A stretch of DNA of 62,863 bases, filler included, from Choristocarpus tenellus KU-1152 (GCA_964200185.2; 11 parts of 11 records of this genome joined end to end with filler, not necessarily neighbours in it); one strand, 5' to 3'. Counted from the whole stretch's first letter, positions 13,211-27,866 are shown. The notes: a model not told the origin generated them from the sequence alone. Translations and numbers: made by a program.

Positions 13211-14154
13211 GTAACTGCCAAGAGGCCCTTGCCAAGCTCGGTTCTGAAGAGTTTCGGCAAAAGGTTGTTTCCACAGCCAAAGAGATGGGACAAGTCTGGA
13301 CTGAAGATCAGGTGCAAGGCTCAAGCCCAGAGCAGGGGTGGGGTTGGCATGGCTTGGGTGCGGGATAATAATATTGAGAATTAAGTAAGTAGGTTGTTTT
13401 GAATAGTCATCAAGTTGGAAGTTCTTGGGTGCCAAGCAGCCATATAATAGAGGTTCCAGTCCTCTACTACCCGTCATCATGGTCTTAATTTGATCTTGTC
13501 ACGCCCAATGGTATGCTTGAACATTGACACCCTAACTTGTGCAGCAGCAGTTTCAGATCTAAGGCATTTGAGCCTGGCTGCATATCTTCTCCTTCTAATC
13601 TATGTACTAGTATTTCAAATTATATTGTGTGAGAACATAGCATAGAACTCATAGAGAGAAAGGTCTTTCATCTTTATAAAATATGGAGATAATTTTATCT
13701 CTTTCTCAAAGCAAGAAAATCGCTATACATTGCAAGCACAGTATATAGTGTGAAGCACACTTCTAACACATTTTGATACAATATATTTACACTCTACTAT
13801 AGTATTAATACACTCTCGAGTATATAATATTTATAGTAGTATGAACCTAGCTATCATCATCAGACCAAAAAAGCTAAACGAACTACAACTAACTGTCTTA
13901 AAGCATAGTATGAGAAACATCCCTCCTTTGACACCTGTTTATTTAGCCTTTTACGAAAGAGTTAAGAGAAGGACCGATATTGCAACACAAGACATCCTCG
14001 TGTTTGTCTCTCTTATCTCTTTGCAGTTGACCCAAGCTATCCAGGTCCGGAAGACAATGAGGTCAGGTCGTAGGAAGAATATGAAAACATCTGTGTCAGG
14101 CAAGGCCTGGTGGCAGCTCCATGAGTTTTTCACAACGTTTGGACGATGGAAAAG
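13211..14154 (+). CDS. Internal exons of an unidentified gene (13211-13311, 14027-14154)
   Basis: AG/GT boundaries with pyrimidine tracts and a phase-consistent join: GNCQEALAKLGSEEFRQKVVSTAKEMGQVWTEDQ|LTQAIQVRKTMRSGRRKNMKTSVSGKAWWQLHEFFTTFGRWK. Confidence 0.6.
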
Positions 14155-16338
14155 GTAAGAAGTCTCCTAATCTATTCTGCTGGTTTGTTCCCCTCTGCCT
14201 TGCCACCGATGGACTTACCCCAATTGATACTCTACTGTTGTTGCAGCAGTGCTACAACTATGGTACCTTCATCTGTGTGAGCTGATCGCATTTATTGTGG
14301 ATTGTTTACCTCCCTCAAGTTAGGGTGTTGATTTATATCTGTGACCCCCTCAACCTTGCCCATGGTCTTGCAGTGGTTGAGGGCTGAACTATGCTGGCCT
14401 TATTTCTGACTACCTCGATACATAAGAGTTAGTTGTAAGGGTGTATAAGTTGTGAGTACTCCAAAACATTGTGACCTCAAATCTTCAATGGCTTCATCCT
14501 TGCCACATCTGTGTCTTTCGTTGATGGTGCTATGGCTACACAACAGGTATGCTCCACAAAATTGTAACACTGAAAGAGCCCCTCTTCTCCTGTCCGGAAA
14601 ATAATGAGGGCATTTCACATGATCCTGGAGAGCGCCAAGACCACAATGATCCACATGATGCATGTGGTGTGTGCTTCCAGTCATAAAACGGAAAAAAACA
14701 AATTAGTGTGTGGGTCAATGGCCACGTGGTGGCGTGCCTGTAGATTAAGTGTGCAATATAGATAGGACCATTTGCAGCAGTGGGTTGTGATTATTTCTCC
14801 GGATTGAGAAAGCTGGGAATAAAGTGGGTACTTAGTAGTTGTCGCTCAGGATGTATGATCTTTTTCCGATGGATGTATCAGGGAGGACTGTGTGAGGTGT
14901 GTTGCATTGACAGGGGTCAGGGTGATAGTTTTTGGTGGGAGGAGTGTATGGGGATGGTAGAGATGGGATTATTTCAATGGAACCATGTGGCTATGCTTGA
15001 ATTAGCCGTCTATCCTAGACATTCAGGTAGATGTTTTGCCACCTCCAAAACCGGTTCCAGTGCAACATACAGCACGAAACAATAAAATTTGATGGCCAGA
15101 TGTATAATAAACATTGGAGTGCCAGTGTGTGCTTCTTGTTCACAATGAAAATATTTTTGTCCGCAAGTACTCACCAATGGCTGACTGCACAATACTCACG
15201 TATTTTCCCATCTTATAGTATTCAAGCACACTACTATGTTCATTAAGGTGAGGGCCACAGATAGATAGGTTTGCTTGCAGTTCAGACGGCACTGAGCTTG
15301 GGTTGGGGTAGTACTTCAAACAAACTTCACTATTTCTGTGAAAGTCCACTGTGTTTAATGAGAGGTAATCTCTGCTACAAAGAAAGGTTGTGCACTTCAT
15401 GCTCTGATCCCTACCTATCCCGATGTGGTTACTACAAAGTCCTCACCTGATAGATGGTGGGAAGCTACCCGACTCTCCCTACACACACACACACACACTC
15501 ACAAAAATTTAATTGCGAAGATCCAAGCAACAGATCACCATCCCTGCCTAATCGGTACACCTGCATATACCAACACAGCAAAACATGATTGTGAGGGATA
15601 AATTTACCACCCAGGCAGCATGTAGAACTACTAACAAACTCAAATTCAGCCCGAAGTGAACTCTCTGTCAGAATAGAGTTGGAAGACAACATTTCAGCAG
15701 CAGTGCCATATTGTAAAACAAAAAATGAATGAACATGAAAACAATAGGTATCGTCCTCCATCTGGAACAAGAAGCAGCAAAAGCACACAAAACATTAGTA
15801 TGTACTTTGAACCAGCTATCGGTAGATTATCATCAGGAACGAACAACTTTCCAGCAATAAAAAAATAAGACCGATCAAATTCCAGTTTTATGGACAAGTC
15901 CCATCTTTGCACACATAGCATTGTTATTGATAGCAGTGCTTAGTCCCCACAGGAAAAACAACATCATCAGCTATCTATATGCTAAGAAGATAACAAAGAG
16001 GGACACCACCATACTGCTAGTAGCACCTATAAAACATGACACCAATAGAGTGTGTACAAACCATGTAGGTTCTCCATTGTTGAAGAGGGTATGGCCTGCC
16101 CATACACTTCCGAAGTACATTTCTTAGATATTCATCACCCCAAGAAGACCCTGAAAGGCAATCTCACGATACAAGCAAGCCTACCTCTTTCGACTAAATT
16201 ATTGTGCCATCACATCATCCTGCCAGATGGAAGAGCAATCATCGCCCCAAAAAGCTTGACTCTCTCACGACCAGAATATAGACTAGACTGTCTACCTGGG
16301 TGAGTGATCTAAATCCACTAAAACAGCCTGCTTCCAAA

Positions 16339-16600
16339 GACCCAACGTAGACGAGAGGTACCTTCTTCATTACAAGTCACTTTTTTATTCTTCTGCAATT
16401 CACCCATATTATTACTATTATTTCTATGGGTGAAGTACTAAATTTGACTTGAGAGGGTTGATTTCTCTACTGTTCAAAGCTTTTAGACACCATTCGGAAA
16501 ATAATCTACGCACATTTATTAAAAAAATAGTTTTGCACATATCTTGCTGGCATCCTTAAAATGCAACTCTGGGTAGGGTACCTCTTGTTTACCCCGACTC
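16339..16600 (+). mobile_element. MITE family D copy
   Basis: GACCCAACGTAGACGAGAGGTACC / GGTACCTCTTGTTTACCCCGACTC; TSD AAA. Confidence 0.85.
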
Positions 16601-17101
16601 AAACATAACTGACAGGAGGAGGTCAATGCAGTCTGATTGGGTATGTGTGTGTGCCATTATAAAAAAGGGTACATGTTGCAGGGACCAAGAAGTTATATGC
16701 ATTCAAAGCACTTCGATCACTCAGGCCAAGTCCAAAAGAACACAAATTGGGTTGTGGTAGCTGTGCCTTTCAAGAGGCAATCAGATAGCGTCATTGCCAC
16801 TTCCTCTAATCAATACTGTAATGCCTACCCTTTCGTTTATTAGCACAAAAGGAATCCCACAGTTGGTTTCAAATAGTGCTACCACGCACCCTTCTCTCAC
16901 CAACACAACACCCAGTTACAAACCTCACAACACCATTTCAGCTCCTGAGACAAAATTTGGCTCTCCAAATATCAGCGAGGATCATGCAATATAAAATATA
17001 AAGTTATGTGCATCTCCTCCAAATCAATCAACTTTCCTTCAACCTTATTCCTCCATCACCACAATCATACGCAAAGCTTCTACTTCCTCCCTGTCTATTC
17101 C

Positions 17102-17156
<55 letters not shown>

Positions 17157-18000
17157 ACCCCCCTTCCTTCTCCGCCGCTTCCCCTCCCACCCCCCCGCCT
17201 CCCACCCCCCGCCCCCCCCACGCNNNNNNNNNNNNNNNNNNNNNNNNNNNNNNNNNNNNNNNNNNNNTTAATTAATTAANNNNNNNNNNNNNNNNNNNNN
17301 NNNNNNNNNNNNNNNNNNNNNNNCCCTGGCCTACCACCCCCGATACCGTGCTACCCTCACCTGTCTCCTCCCTCATGTACGAGCCATTGACAATAGGGGT
17401 ATGCCGCCCAACACCACGGGAAGAGGTACACCGCCTGTGCCACTGGGAACTCTCCCAAGGGATGACAGCTCTTCTAAGCCTGAGGGGGGAGGGGAGAGTG
17501 GAGGAGGGACAGAAGCTGGGGGTATTACAGGCCCATGGCTCGGGGCTGGGGCTGGGGTGGAGGGGGGAGTGAGCAAGGGCAGGGGGAGAGGGGGAAAGAG
17601 TGGGGAGAGGCGTCTCCAGGCTCAAAAGGATGAGGAGAGGTCAAACGGATGGCAAAAGGTTGGTTTGTTGTCCACAGAAGTCGAGGGGCTTGGGCATTTT
17701 TCAGGAGGAGTGAGGAAAGAGGAGAGGAGGAATGGATGCGGGGGAGTCGGGCTGTGGGAGTGTAAGAGCACCCATTGTTGAGAGTGTTTTTTTGTTTTTT
17801 CTTGCCTTGAAACGGTACGGTCGCATGACGGACCTGCGTTTATTTCTTTTCCAGCGATGCCGATTTTGTCCCGATTTTGTCCCGATTTTATGAAAAGTCA
17901 CAGGGTGAGACTATACCGCTTTTGACAGTACATTGGAGCAGGCGCACTCTCAAGGCTGTAGATACAGTTGTCTGGTCACTAGTGTCCATCATCCGATCTG

Positions 18001-18001
18001 T

Positions 18002-18063
<62 letters not shown>
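18001..18063. repeat. (CTG/TTG)n microsatellite
   Basis: About 20 imperfect GCT triplets read directly. Confidence 0.95.
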
Positions 18064-18223
18064 TATCACCCGCTCTTTTTTTGTTCTTTTTTTGTAAACC
18101 TTTCAGTTACATGGTGGAGCCCTAGATGTTGCGGGGGGGGGAGGGGTCATTTTTTATTGATATTGATCTGCCTGCCCAATGCGTGCATATAAAATATCTA
18201 TATCTATATGTTCTTTGCAGGTC

Positions 18224-21200
18224 ATGGGTTGGAGGGAAACACAAGCCGAGCGGGAACTGCAAGCCCAGGAGCAGCAGGCCAACAGAAGCAGGCATTGCCG
18301 ACAACCCCCCAAGGTGAAACAAAACGGGTAGCAGCTGCCGAAGTGAAGTGCAGATGAGCCTGTTGCCTTCTTTATCCTGCGTTGATATGATACAGTACAG
18401 TAGTAACAGACTATTGCGTTCTTAAGACATGCAGTATTTTGAAGAGTTCTCTTTTCTTCTTTTTTTGAACTCTTTCCATCCAATTACGGGTTGTAGTTTG
18501 TTTTTTTTCAGATTACGAGTATTTTTGGGAGGGGGGTCAATCATCACATGATAAAGAAGGGAAGGCGTTTATGACACATGAACGTAACGTGCACCATTCA
18601 TGGGAAAACATGCCTGTCAACCATGGCTAAAAATCCATGGCGGGCGGGCATTTTGTCCTTGTAAAACGCCTTTCCAATGAATTCATGCACTGAGGACTAG
18701 CAACAACATGTTCCGCAGCACCAGAGCATTTATGTTTCAAAATAAGAAACTGTAACATTGTGAGTGGCGGCCAAGAAAATGTGGCGTTTTTGATAGATCC
18801 CTGATTATATGCGGCTCACAACTTCTACACCATACTGTGATACACACGCCTTCCTCCCTCCGCACTCACTCTTTGCAACAATAAAAACACACAAAACAAA
18901 ATAGGCTGCACAGCAACGGCAGCTAGCCGAGGAAATGGCTCAACCATACCCTCGCCACAAGGCCAACCCAGACGCCATCGAGAGGGCCAAGTCCATCGCA
19001 ACCCACTCCCCGCCTGTCATATTTGGGGTGCACTACAGGGGAGAATCTCACTCAGGCCCCGACCGCAGTGGGGGTGGTGGCAATGCCATCACATGCCGCC
19101 CAGGGTTCACCATGACCAAAGCCCCCCCTTCCTTACCCACTGCTAACCATGCCCACATGGGCGGAGAGGGTGTTAACAGCACCACAATGGGAGCAGATGG
19201 TGCAACAACTGGATATGATGATGGCGGTGATTCTGCTGTCAAGGGACTGTCAGTAATGGAGAAATTGGCAAGGGCGAGGGCTGTGGCATTAGGTATGCCA
19301 CTACCTCAACCTCAGGTCTGTCTGCCCCCGAATCCTATCCCCGACCCCACATTGGCCCCTGTGCCCACTCCTGCCCCAGTCCCCACAGGAGGTGCCACTT
19401 CAAGTACAGTTGCCACCTCTGCTCCGAGTAAGACCAGACCCCCTGAAGACGGCGGGCCTCTCCTGACATTGGTTGAGACAATTTCCACACTGAATGGGAG
19501 TAGTGAGGGTAAGGAGCTACAAGCTGAGGGAGCTTGTAAGGGGGGAGGTGGAGGAGAGCAGATGGCAGAGACAAAGCAGGAGGGAGGGGGTGCTGGAAGG
19601 CTGCAGGTGACATGCGTGGAAGGCCCAGTAGATGCAGTGGGAGCTGCAGCAGTGCAGGGCAGTGCAGGAGGGATTAAGGCATCTCTGGGGGTTTCACAGA
19701 GCCTTGAGGAGTGGCTAGGTGATATTGGGCAGGAGATGGAAACAGCTGTTACTGCAATACAGGTGCGTGATATTATTTGATGAGGGGCTTTATTCCTTTT
19801 GCTGCAATGATGGTTAGGGTTGGTCTTACAAGTTAGAGCTGGGAGGGAGTGTGTTGTTGGGGGAAACGACATTATTAACAAGATTGAGATACACGTATTT
19901 CCTACACCATGCCGGTGTCCTTGAAATGTGACTCTGGGTACCTCTTGTTTAGTTTGACTCCGTACTTACAGCGATATAATGCATGTGTCATGATACGGTT
20001 GAAGTAGATTCCTCTGTAACTCCACAGTCTATGTATGTACTCACTTCGATGTTTACGTTTCCTGTGGTATTTAGTAACATATTTACATATCAGTAGCAAC
20101 TGCTGCACCCTGCTGCACCCTGCTGGAGGCGGCATGAACTTACACTAGTATATATAGCACCAATAGTGTATTAGATAGTAATATAATTTTTTATGAGGTA
20201 GATGCCTTTCTGGTCAACCCAATACTCTCACTAGACAACAGGATTGAGTCTTGCGCACTTGTCCAAAATTGTAGTCTACGAACCTTGGTAATGAAATGTG
20301 AAAAGTAAGGAGGAAGAATCGGTTTTGGCACATCTCTTGATTTGGACGCACTGGGAGTATGCTGATCTCATTCTTCATAAAATAGTCAACCAGGTTTGAT
20401 TCCTATGTCGGGAGCATTTTGTTCATAGGGCTTCAAAGTATTAAAGACTGTGATTGTAGGTCATTCCTTCATAACTCGTGCATAAAAATAGTGAGTAGTT
20501 TATTAAACACTAGTTTGAATGGTTCATCTGTGAGACTCATAGTATCATAGAGGGGGGAAGGGGGGCGGTTAGCCAAGTCACTCAAGATTTGCTGGGGTAT
20601 TGCAGAAACACTCCATTTGATGTCCATTTTTCGGGTGTGGTCTTCCTTTGGATTTCGTTCTGGGTAAGGGGATGGAAAAGGAAGGTGCTTCTAGATGAAG
20701 GAAATCATCCCTACATCTGACATGTTCACTTGAATGACATTAAAAAGACTAGAGGGTCATAAAGGCTCAAATGGATTCATGATCCCCCCCTCTAAGATAC
20801 TATATGCCTGAAGCAGATGATAAGGATCTACACCAATGAATTAGTGCGCATCGCAGGTAGATAAATGCTGCAGTATTTTGTATCTATTTGCTGATGGGTG
20901 GGGATGGTGCAAGGGATCATTTCAGGAATAACAATGCATCGGCTTTCCAGTACTGACTGTCCCATCAAATTCCCCGTTGCTTTGCAAGCAAAGGTCCAAG
21001 TTTAATAATTTTAGTTATGTTCTATTCCAATGATTCTGCTGAAAACCTACTATTATCTGACAGATCAACTGAGTGAGAGAGGCATGTTAATGGTAATTTG
21101 GAGAGTTATCAATTTGCAGCTACAGAACTCAGTGTCCTTGACACTGTAGCCCATAATTCTGGTTGGCTGTGTGCACGTGGGGGGAGACTTTACAAAGGGG

Positions 21201-24200
21201 AAGATGTTCCCATGAAATTGTGTGTTTTTCTTTCTGCAAACCCCACATGCTACAGTCTATTCCGAGGTGCTCTAAACTATATTTTTTCATTGAGACAATT
21301 TTCTTTCCGGGAGCGATTGTTTTATTTTTTATGCACTCAACTTTAGCCCCACAGATTTTCCATGCAACCCATCCTCATCCCTCCAACCCCTTCCAACACT
21401 GCTGGATGGCATGAGCAGGTACTCCTCAAGTTGCATGATGACGGACGTGCCGGGGACAAGAAGCGACTGCATGAGTTCCGATTGGCTATGCAGGGTATGG
21501 GCCTCTTCACCGATGCTTCTGGTCCTGCACCAAGTTTCTCAATGAAGGAGGCATCAGGGCAGGAACATGGGTCGGGAAAGAATGAGGATGGAATAGAGGA
21601 GCAGTGGCACAGCTCTGTCAGCACCACCACAAAGAGGTGGGGGAGAGTGGAAAAGGATGGAGAGAGAGTGAAGGATGTAATGTAGTGTTCGATCACGAGT
21701 CATATTCTCTAGTCGATGTGCCTTCGAAGGCATGCATACTCATTATTCCATTTTGAAATGTTCAATTATGTTCAGTTTGAGAATTAGGGGCAGGAGGGCT
21801 TGGCCTCTGGTACCCTTCCTCCCCCCTCCCTGAATGTGTACAACGGGACTAGTCCTCTCAGCCTCTCTTCCATTCCAGTTGGTGACCCTCCTCCCCTTGG
21901 CTACGACCTCCTGTGCTGGCTGCAGGTTGGGTATGGTAAAGGCAATGGTGAAGACCATGTTGCACTTGATGGAGACAGAGCCTGGGGGGAGCTCTGAGCT
22001 TGTGTGTTATTCCGATTTCATCCGACAACAGCATGGTGAGATGAAGACTAGTCCCTCAGCCCATGGAGTCAGCAATAAGGTACAGGAAGGAGGACAAGTA
22101 GATCTGGGAGTCAGTTCCTTTCCTCCTGTTGATAATGTCAACATCAGTACATGTGAGGGTGAAGATGGGGCGAGGAAAGATGGCAACAATGAAAGAAATG
22201 CCAATACCTTCCAGATAGAAGGACCTGGAAGTGGCAGCAGCTGCAGTGGCAATGATTGCAGCAATGGGAATGGCAACGAAGGTGATACTAACATAGCTGC
22301 TCCTGACAACATTGTCAAGGTGGCCAGTGGGCTTTATGTGGACAGTGCAGTGGGAGATGCTGGGGAAGGAAAAAGAGGTAGGTTCAAAGGTAGCAGGAGT
22401 AGCACGTCAAAGCCTCTGAACATGGCGCATCTTCCATCTGGAGAGGAAAGGACTAAAGGGAATGGAATGGGGATTGCAATCGAGAGACTGGAAGGTGCTG
22501 CATCAGGGATTGGGAAGGAGGAGGGGGACTCTGATGAAGAGAGGAAACAGAGTAGCTGCACCATTGAGAGTAACATCTACAGCACCAGCGGAAACGTTGT
22601 CGAAAGAGATGACAGTGGAGATGGAGACAACTGCGGGGACAGGAGAGGAGGAACAGGGGGGGAAAGTACAGGGAGTGATGGAAATGATGGTGTTGACAAT
22701 AGGAAAAGTACGAGTGCCAGCTGTAGGGGGGTAGGTGATCGTGGTGGTGTCAAGAACGCCAGCAATGCCAGCAATAGTGGCATGATGAGTAGTGGGGTTC
22801 GTAAAGGTGGAGTTGGGCGGGTGTCTGGGGAGGCAGGGCGCTCAGGGCCTGGAGTGCACATGGGTCGAGTGCGATTCATGGAGGATGACCAGGTATCTAT
22901 GGTGAGTGACGTAGGGACAAGCATGTCCATGACTGCAACATCAGCTGTTGAGACCCCTTTTAAAGGGAGGGAGGGGGAGGAACAGGGCACCCTATTACAC
23001 AAGGATTCAGAGGAGAAAGAGGAGGGCCACCAGTTGGCCGGGGGAAAGACTGGGGCTGCTGTAGGAAGGTCTGAGCCAATATTAGGGGTGGAACAGGGAC
23101 AGAGACAGAGTCTGGAGCAGGTACAAGGTTCTGTTGAAGGGGATGGTCACAGGCAAGAACAAGTACAGAGGGGAGGAGGAGTTGACACAGCAGAAGAGGA
23201 TGTCGCGCAGGAGAGTGATGAAAGTGACACTGGGGGACGTGGAACAACTCGTGAGGTTGGTGAAGGTGTGGTTGGGCTGCGTGGCCTCAGAGTGAGTGAG
23301 CCTCTCTTTCCTGGCAGAACCCAAAGCGAATTCTTGGCCTTAACAGTCCTCTACTCACAGCCCTTCTGTACACACATATTTTAAATGCATGGGCAGAAGC
23401 AAACTTTCACATGCAGTTGGTGCTCATGTAAGGTAAAAAAAGAAATCCTATTCTACTCACAACCCTTCCCCCTGGCCCTACAATGCGCTATCTGTACCAC
23501 TTAAATTTCGACCGGGGCCACTGTCATACCCACTTACTGAGCAGCTTGATCAGGAAAGGGATATAGAGACAATGAGCATTGCAAGCTCCCTTTGGTCGGT
23601 GGAAACCCAAATCAGTCGACGTGTGCTCACACCTGGTGCTGCTACCTCCGGTGGCACAGTAGGGACTGGGGTTGTAAGGGTAGCAGGGTCTGGAGCGCCA
23701 ATAGGACAAACAGGTGGAGGAACAACCCAAGCAACCCTGGAGGTGGCAGAAGAGGGATCAAGCCAAAATAATGAGATGGAGGCAAGACCACCAGACCCTG
23801 AGCCACAGATGTCTTCCCCTGCAGCTCCCAGCACGGTGATTGAGGAGGGAAGACGACACGTGGATATCTTGGAGCATGTGGTGACCCACCCTGTGAAAAG
23901 TGTTTCAGCAGGTGGGGAGCATGCAACATTAGGACAGGTACAGGAGCGGCAACAACCCTGCATACAGTCTACTGGGGGTCCATTACTAGGTCAGGGACCA
24001 TCTATGTCCTTGGAATCGTCTGTTGAGGGGATCATTTGCCGCACTAAAAGCAACGATGGACAGGCAGACGGCCATCCGATTGTTGCTGAGGGAAGGGTAG
24101 CAGAGATGAGCAGATCAGACACAGAACGGGGTGACAGGGTTGACTGGCAAGGGCAATCGGAGTTCCCCCCCTCTACTAGTCCAATCATATCTGCAAAGGA

Positions 24201-26532
24201 GAGGCTCCTGCGCCACATCTGTAACAGTGTTGCCTCCAACAGCATGGGCAGCAGTGAGAGTGAAGAAGGTGAAGTTGAGGGTGAGGAAAAAGAGGAGAGA
24301 GGAGGAGACAAGGAGGAAAAGGACAAGCTCGAAGGAAGAATAACAGACTGTGGAGAGGGTACCAACAGAGATGAAAAGGACAGTTGTAGAGTAGGTAGCA
24401 CGGATGGTGAAGTTGCAGCAGTGGCATCAATGGAAGCTATGGAAGTGGAAAGTCAGCTTGCACAACTACAACCTACTTCAACTGAGGGCATGCCTCAAAC
24501 TCATTATGCAACCCCTGAGGTTGGAGGCAAAAGGCCAAACAATGAGTCGGAGGAAGGCATGCCTAATCAATCATGCACAACCAGTAGTGCTGGAGTAGAA
24601 GATGTAGAGCTGAAAACTGAAGTGGGTCCAACAACAACCTCTCAGACACATGGAGTAGCCTCAGTTGCAGTTATTGACACCACCCCACGAGAGTGCTACT
24701 CTCACTTGGTCGTCAGCGGCATGAGAGGCAGCAGCAGAGAAGGGGGATTGCATATAGGTAACACTGCCCCAGAGGGTCATGAAAGCACCAGTCACACCAC
24801 AGATAATTTGGTAGATCAGCCTCTTCCAGGGGTCAAGGTGTTCAAGGATAAGGTTGGGTCTGTTTATGGGGTTGGGATGCTGTCAGCTGAAGACGCACTT
24901 CCACTGCCTATAAAAAGTGACACACAAAATAGTAATATCACTCACAACACTGAAGTTGGAAAGACAAGTGATATTCCCGTTGCTGCTGGCACCACTGCTC
25001 ACCACCAGGGGCAAGAAGAGACCGGCGATTATGATGGTGTTGTCGTGAATGACGACAAAGATCTTCAAAGTGGACGCAAGAATATGGTAATGGCAGAACC
25101 AATAGAATCAGCTGCAGCAACAGGAGTCGGGCTGGAGTTGACAACAGACCCGAGAAGAGTTGAACCAACAGACCAAGAGAGTAGAGCGAGTGACCCTCAA
25201 CTGGAGTTGGGACGGTCAAGGGAAAAGGAAGAAAAGAACAAAAGTAATATAGAAGGTGTTCAAAACACAGAGAAGGAGGAAAAGGGGGATGGTGATGGGA
25301 AGGGAGGAAAAAAGAGGAGTCCAGAAGAACCTGAGTGGATTGAGGGGTACGATTCTGGCCATGACTGCTACTACTACCACCATGTGACCTCAGGAACAAG
25401 CACCTGGTATAAACCAGATGCTCCCTATGAACCATTTGTTCACACAGATGAAGAGGAAGTCAGTGTGGAGAACACAGCGGGGAGCAGGGATCAAGATGAG
25501 CATAAGGGAGGGAGCCCAGGTAGGGAGGAGCAGAGAACCCAACAGCAGAGACACTCCAAGGAGAAGGATGAAGAGAATCGTAGGAAGAAGAGGGAGAATG
25601 GTGCTCCTACTTTAAGCCAAACTGGAGCCACAAGGCAGACTTCTGAGTTGTTGACTGCCGAAGTGAAGTCCCACTCCACAGTTACTAAACCTTCGATATC
25701 CAGGTCAACTTCCAGATCTGGATCTGGTCTGGAGTTTGGAGCAGGGTCAGGGCCCAGTCCAAGGTTCGGATCACATTCAAGTTCCTCCTTGAGCCCCCCA
25801 GAGAGCGTGCAGAGGAGAAAAAAAGGGTCGAGCAGGCACCAAAGCATCCTTGAGAGACTCAACAACCTGACAGACATCAGTGACAGTGGGGGGAAGGAGG
25901 AGGTACATGTCAGGAGTCGGGGAAGCAGAGACTATCGTAAAGATTCAAGTCGGGACCCAGAAGGAAGTGGAGGCAATGGCTACAGCAGAGGATCACATCG
26001 GCAACAGCAACATAGCAGGGACTCAGATCAGTACAGTGACCGCAGGTATGAAGAATTCTCAGCACGTGCATATGGTCATCGATCAAAGGATAACATCTCT
26101 GGTGCTTATAGCCATGGGGGCTATAGTGGTAGTTCTGGACAAGGAGAGAGACGTAGAGGGACAAAACTGGGGGAGGGGAGGCACCTGTCCCATGCCTCTC
26201 GATCTTCCTCTGTGAGGGACGGGTGGGAGATAGATGTTAGGCGAGGTGGAGATCAGGACGATGCCAACCTCTCACAGGGACGGGATAGCAGGAGGGGCTG
26301 GAACCACGAGAAACGTAGACTAAGGGACAGTGGTAGATACAGAGAGGGAGGAACAAGACAGAGGGATGAGCGACAAAGGTCACGCCATAATTCCCCTGAA
26401 AGAGGAAGGGTTGGGAAATATACAGAGAAGACCTGGGAGGCTTCACATTACAACAGTAGTAGTAGTGTTGAACTCATGGGAGGGAGGAGGAGGGATACAG
26501 GGGGGGGATATGACGGGGAGTGGAGAAGGTGA
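18224..26532 (+). CDS. Large (~1,875 aa) low-complexity protein with one WW domain and an R/S/D/G-rich tail. Exons 18224-18313, 18905-19762, 21347-21676, 21788-21925, 22032-23255, 23545-26532
   Basis: Long ORFs (281, 516, 986 aa) join in frame via GT-AG introns. WW motif EWIEGYDSGHDCYYYHHVTSGTSTWYKP at ~25333-25416. Internal boundaries are inferred. Confidence 0.75.
20534..20808 (+). mobile_element. MITE family C copy (intronic)
   Basis: GACTCATAGTATCATAGAGGGGG / CCCCCTCTAAGATACTATATGCC; TSD TGA. Confidence 0.7.
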
Positions 26533-27866
26533 TTGAACAACAGTGGCTCTCCATTAGCCTCCCTTCTGGGAGAATTGCCTTTTTATTATCTTTCCTAACC
26601 ATGCCATTACCTCAGTTCCTTAAATGTCAATAACAGTAGCACTTATCTGTGTAAGGACCACTCTCTGTTTCCTTGTTTGTACTACTATTGATAGACTATA
26701 TATCAATGTTATCCTATTTGGTCAGTTGAGCGCAATCTCTGTGTTGAGGTAGTTGTGCTTTACCTCTTCTCACTTGAATGGTGAATCTATGAAGTACTAC
26801 TATTTCATTGGACAGGCATTTTTATCCCAAATAAGTCATTGCAAGCTTGCTCGTTTCTCAGACTTACTTTTTAGTACATGTACATGAACCAAAGAGGCTA
26901 CAACAACAATAATATTACTACGACAACCTCATAGAAACATACTGAGAGATATAAAGCAAACACCTCATGCATTGTCATTATCGACAAGGAAATACCAATA
27001 GTATCAAGGGGTGAGTATATATCTCTAATTCACGTTTCAGTCATAAAGCATATAGAGTTCCACTTGAATTAGTATACGTTGTAGAAATGGTAGACCTCAT
27101 AGATAGTATGTCGTGCACACCCCAAAGGCAACCTTGCTCCCCTGAAGTTTACCAGTAGGAGCTATTCTTTCTGGACAAGGCAAAGAAGATATGAAGGTTG
27201 AATCCGCATGATCAGGCACAGCATGGGCTTGAGCACATACATGAAGAGAGGAAAGAATGACCAAATACGTTCTCCACTCCAAGACTCCCAAGCAGCAAAT
27301 AATATTTCAGCACTAGAGAGGGTTTGATTACAGAAGAACAGCAGAACCCTATCTTGTTCACGTTTCCTCCGCAGATTCCAATGGGACACGGAAATTCAAG
27401 ATGGAAGCAACATTTTAATTCCTTGATGAACTGGTAGCATAGAGAGGAAGGATAGAAATATTAGGTTGTCCTTTAGTCGATGGTACAATAGTTACATGTT
27501 GGTATCGAAAAAAATTAAATACTCATTTGTAGCATTGTTCTCGAGTCTTGTACTACTTAAGAAATGCCAAATATAGATAGACTTATAAAGTGAGAAAAGT
27601 ACATCAAATCAGAGGCGTGAGAAACGGCAAAAGCGATGCCACCAGATAGATCATTACCGCGCACAGTGAGAGAAAATATGTCAGGTGCAAGATCACATAG
27701 TACACTAGAGCAAGACTGCCCGTCTGGGGGGGTAACAGTTTGGGTGAGGTTTAAAGGTCTATATTGAACAGGTAGTTGAGCAGCGTAACTGTCTTGGACG
27801 GTCAGGGTTTCAGTCTGATTCGTGCCAAGAAATAGCTAGCAGGTGACTGGGGCTAATGTTGATTGA

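Noticed and set aside
14200-15000. Possible copia integrase ghost on the minus strand
   Set aside because: Only faint motif resemblance (IIVV...SR, TYTPLQ); too decayed to support.
17006-17275. Poly-proline ORFs (also 42598-42891)
   Set aside because: Translations of poly-C tracts at contig ends; low-quality sequence or homopolymer assembly breaks.
18001-18192. Poly-Leu / poly-Ala ORFs
   Set aside because: Translations of a CTG microsatellite upstream of the WW gene.
21834-22031. ORF start MCTTGLVLSAS...
   Set aside because: Out of frame with the better-supported exon 21788-21925 and partly intronic; coding in this frame probably starts at 22032.
22007-26446. Many antisense ORFs over the WW gene
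   Set aside because: Shadows of low-complexity G/A-rich coding sequence.
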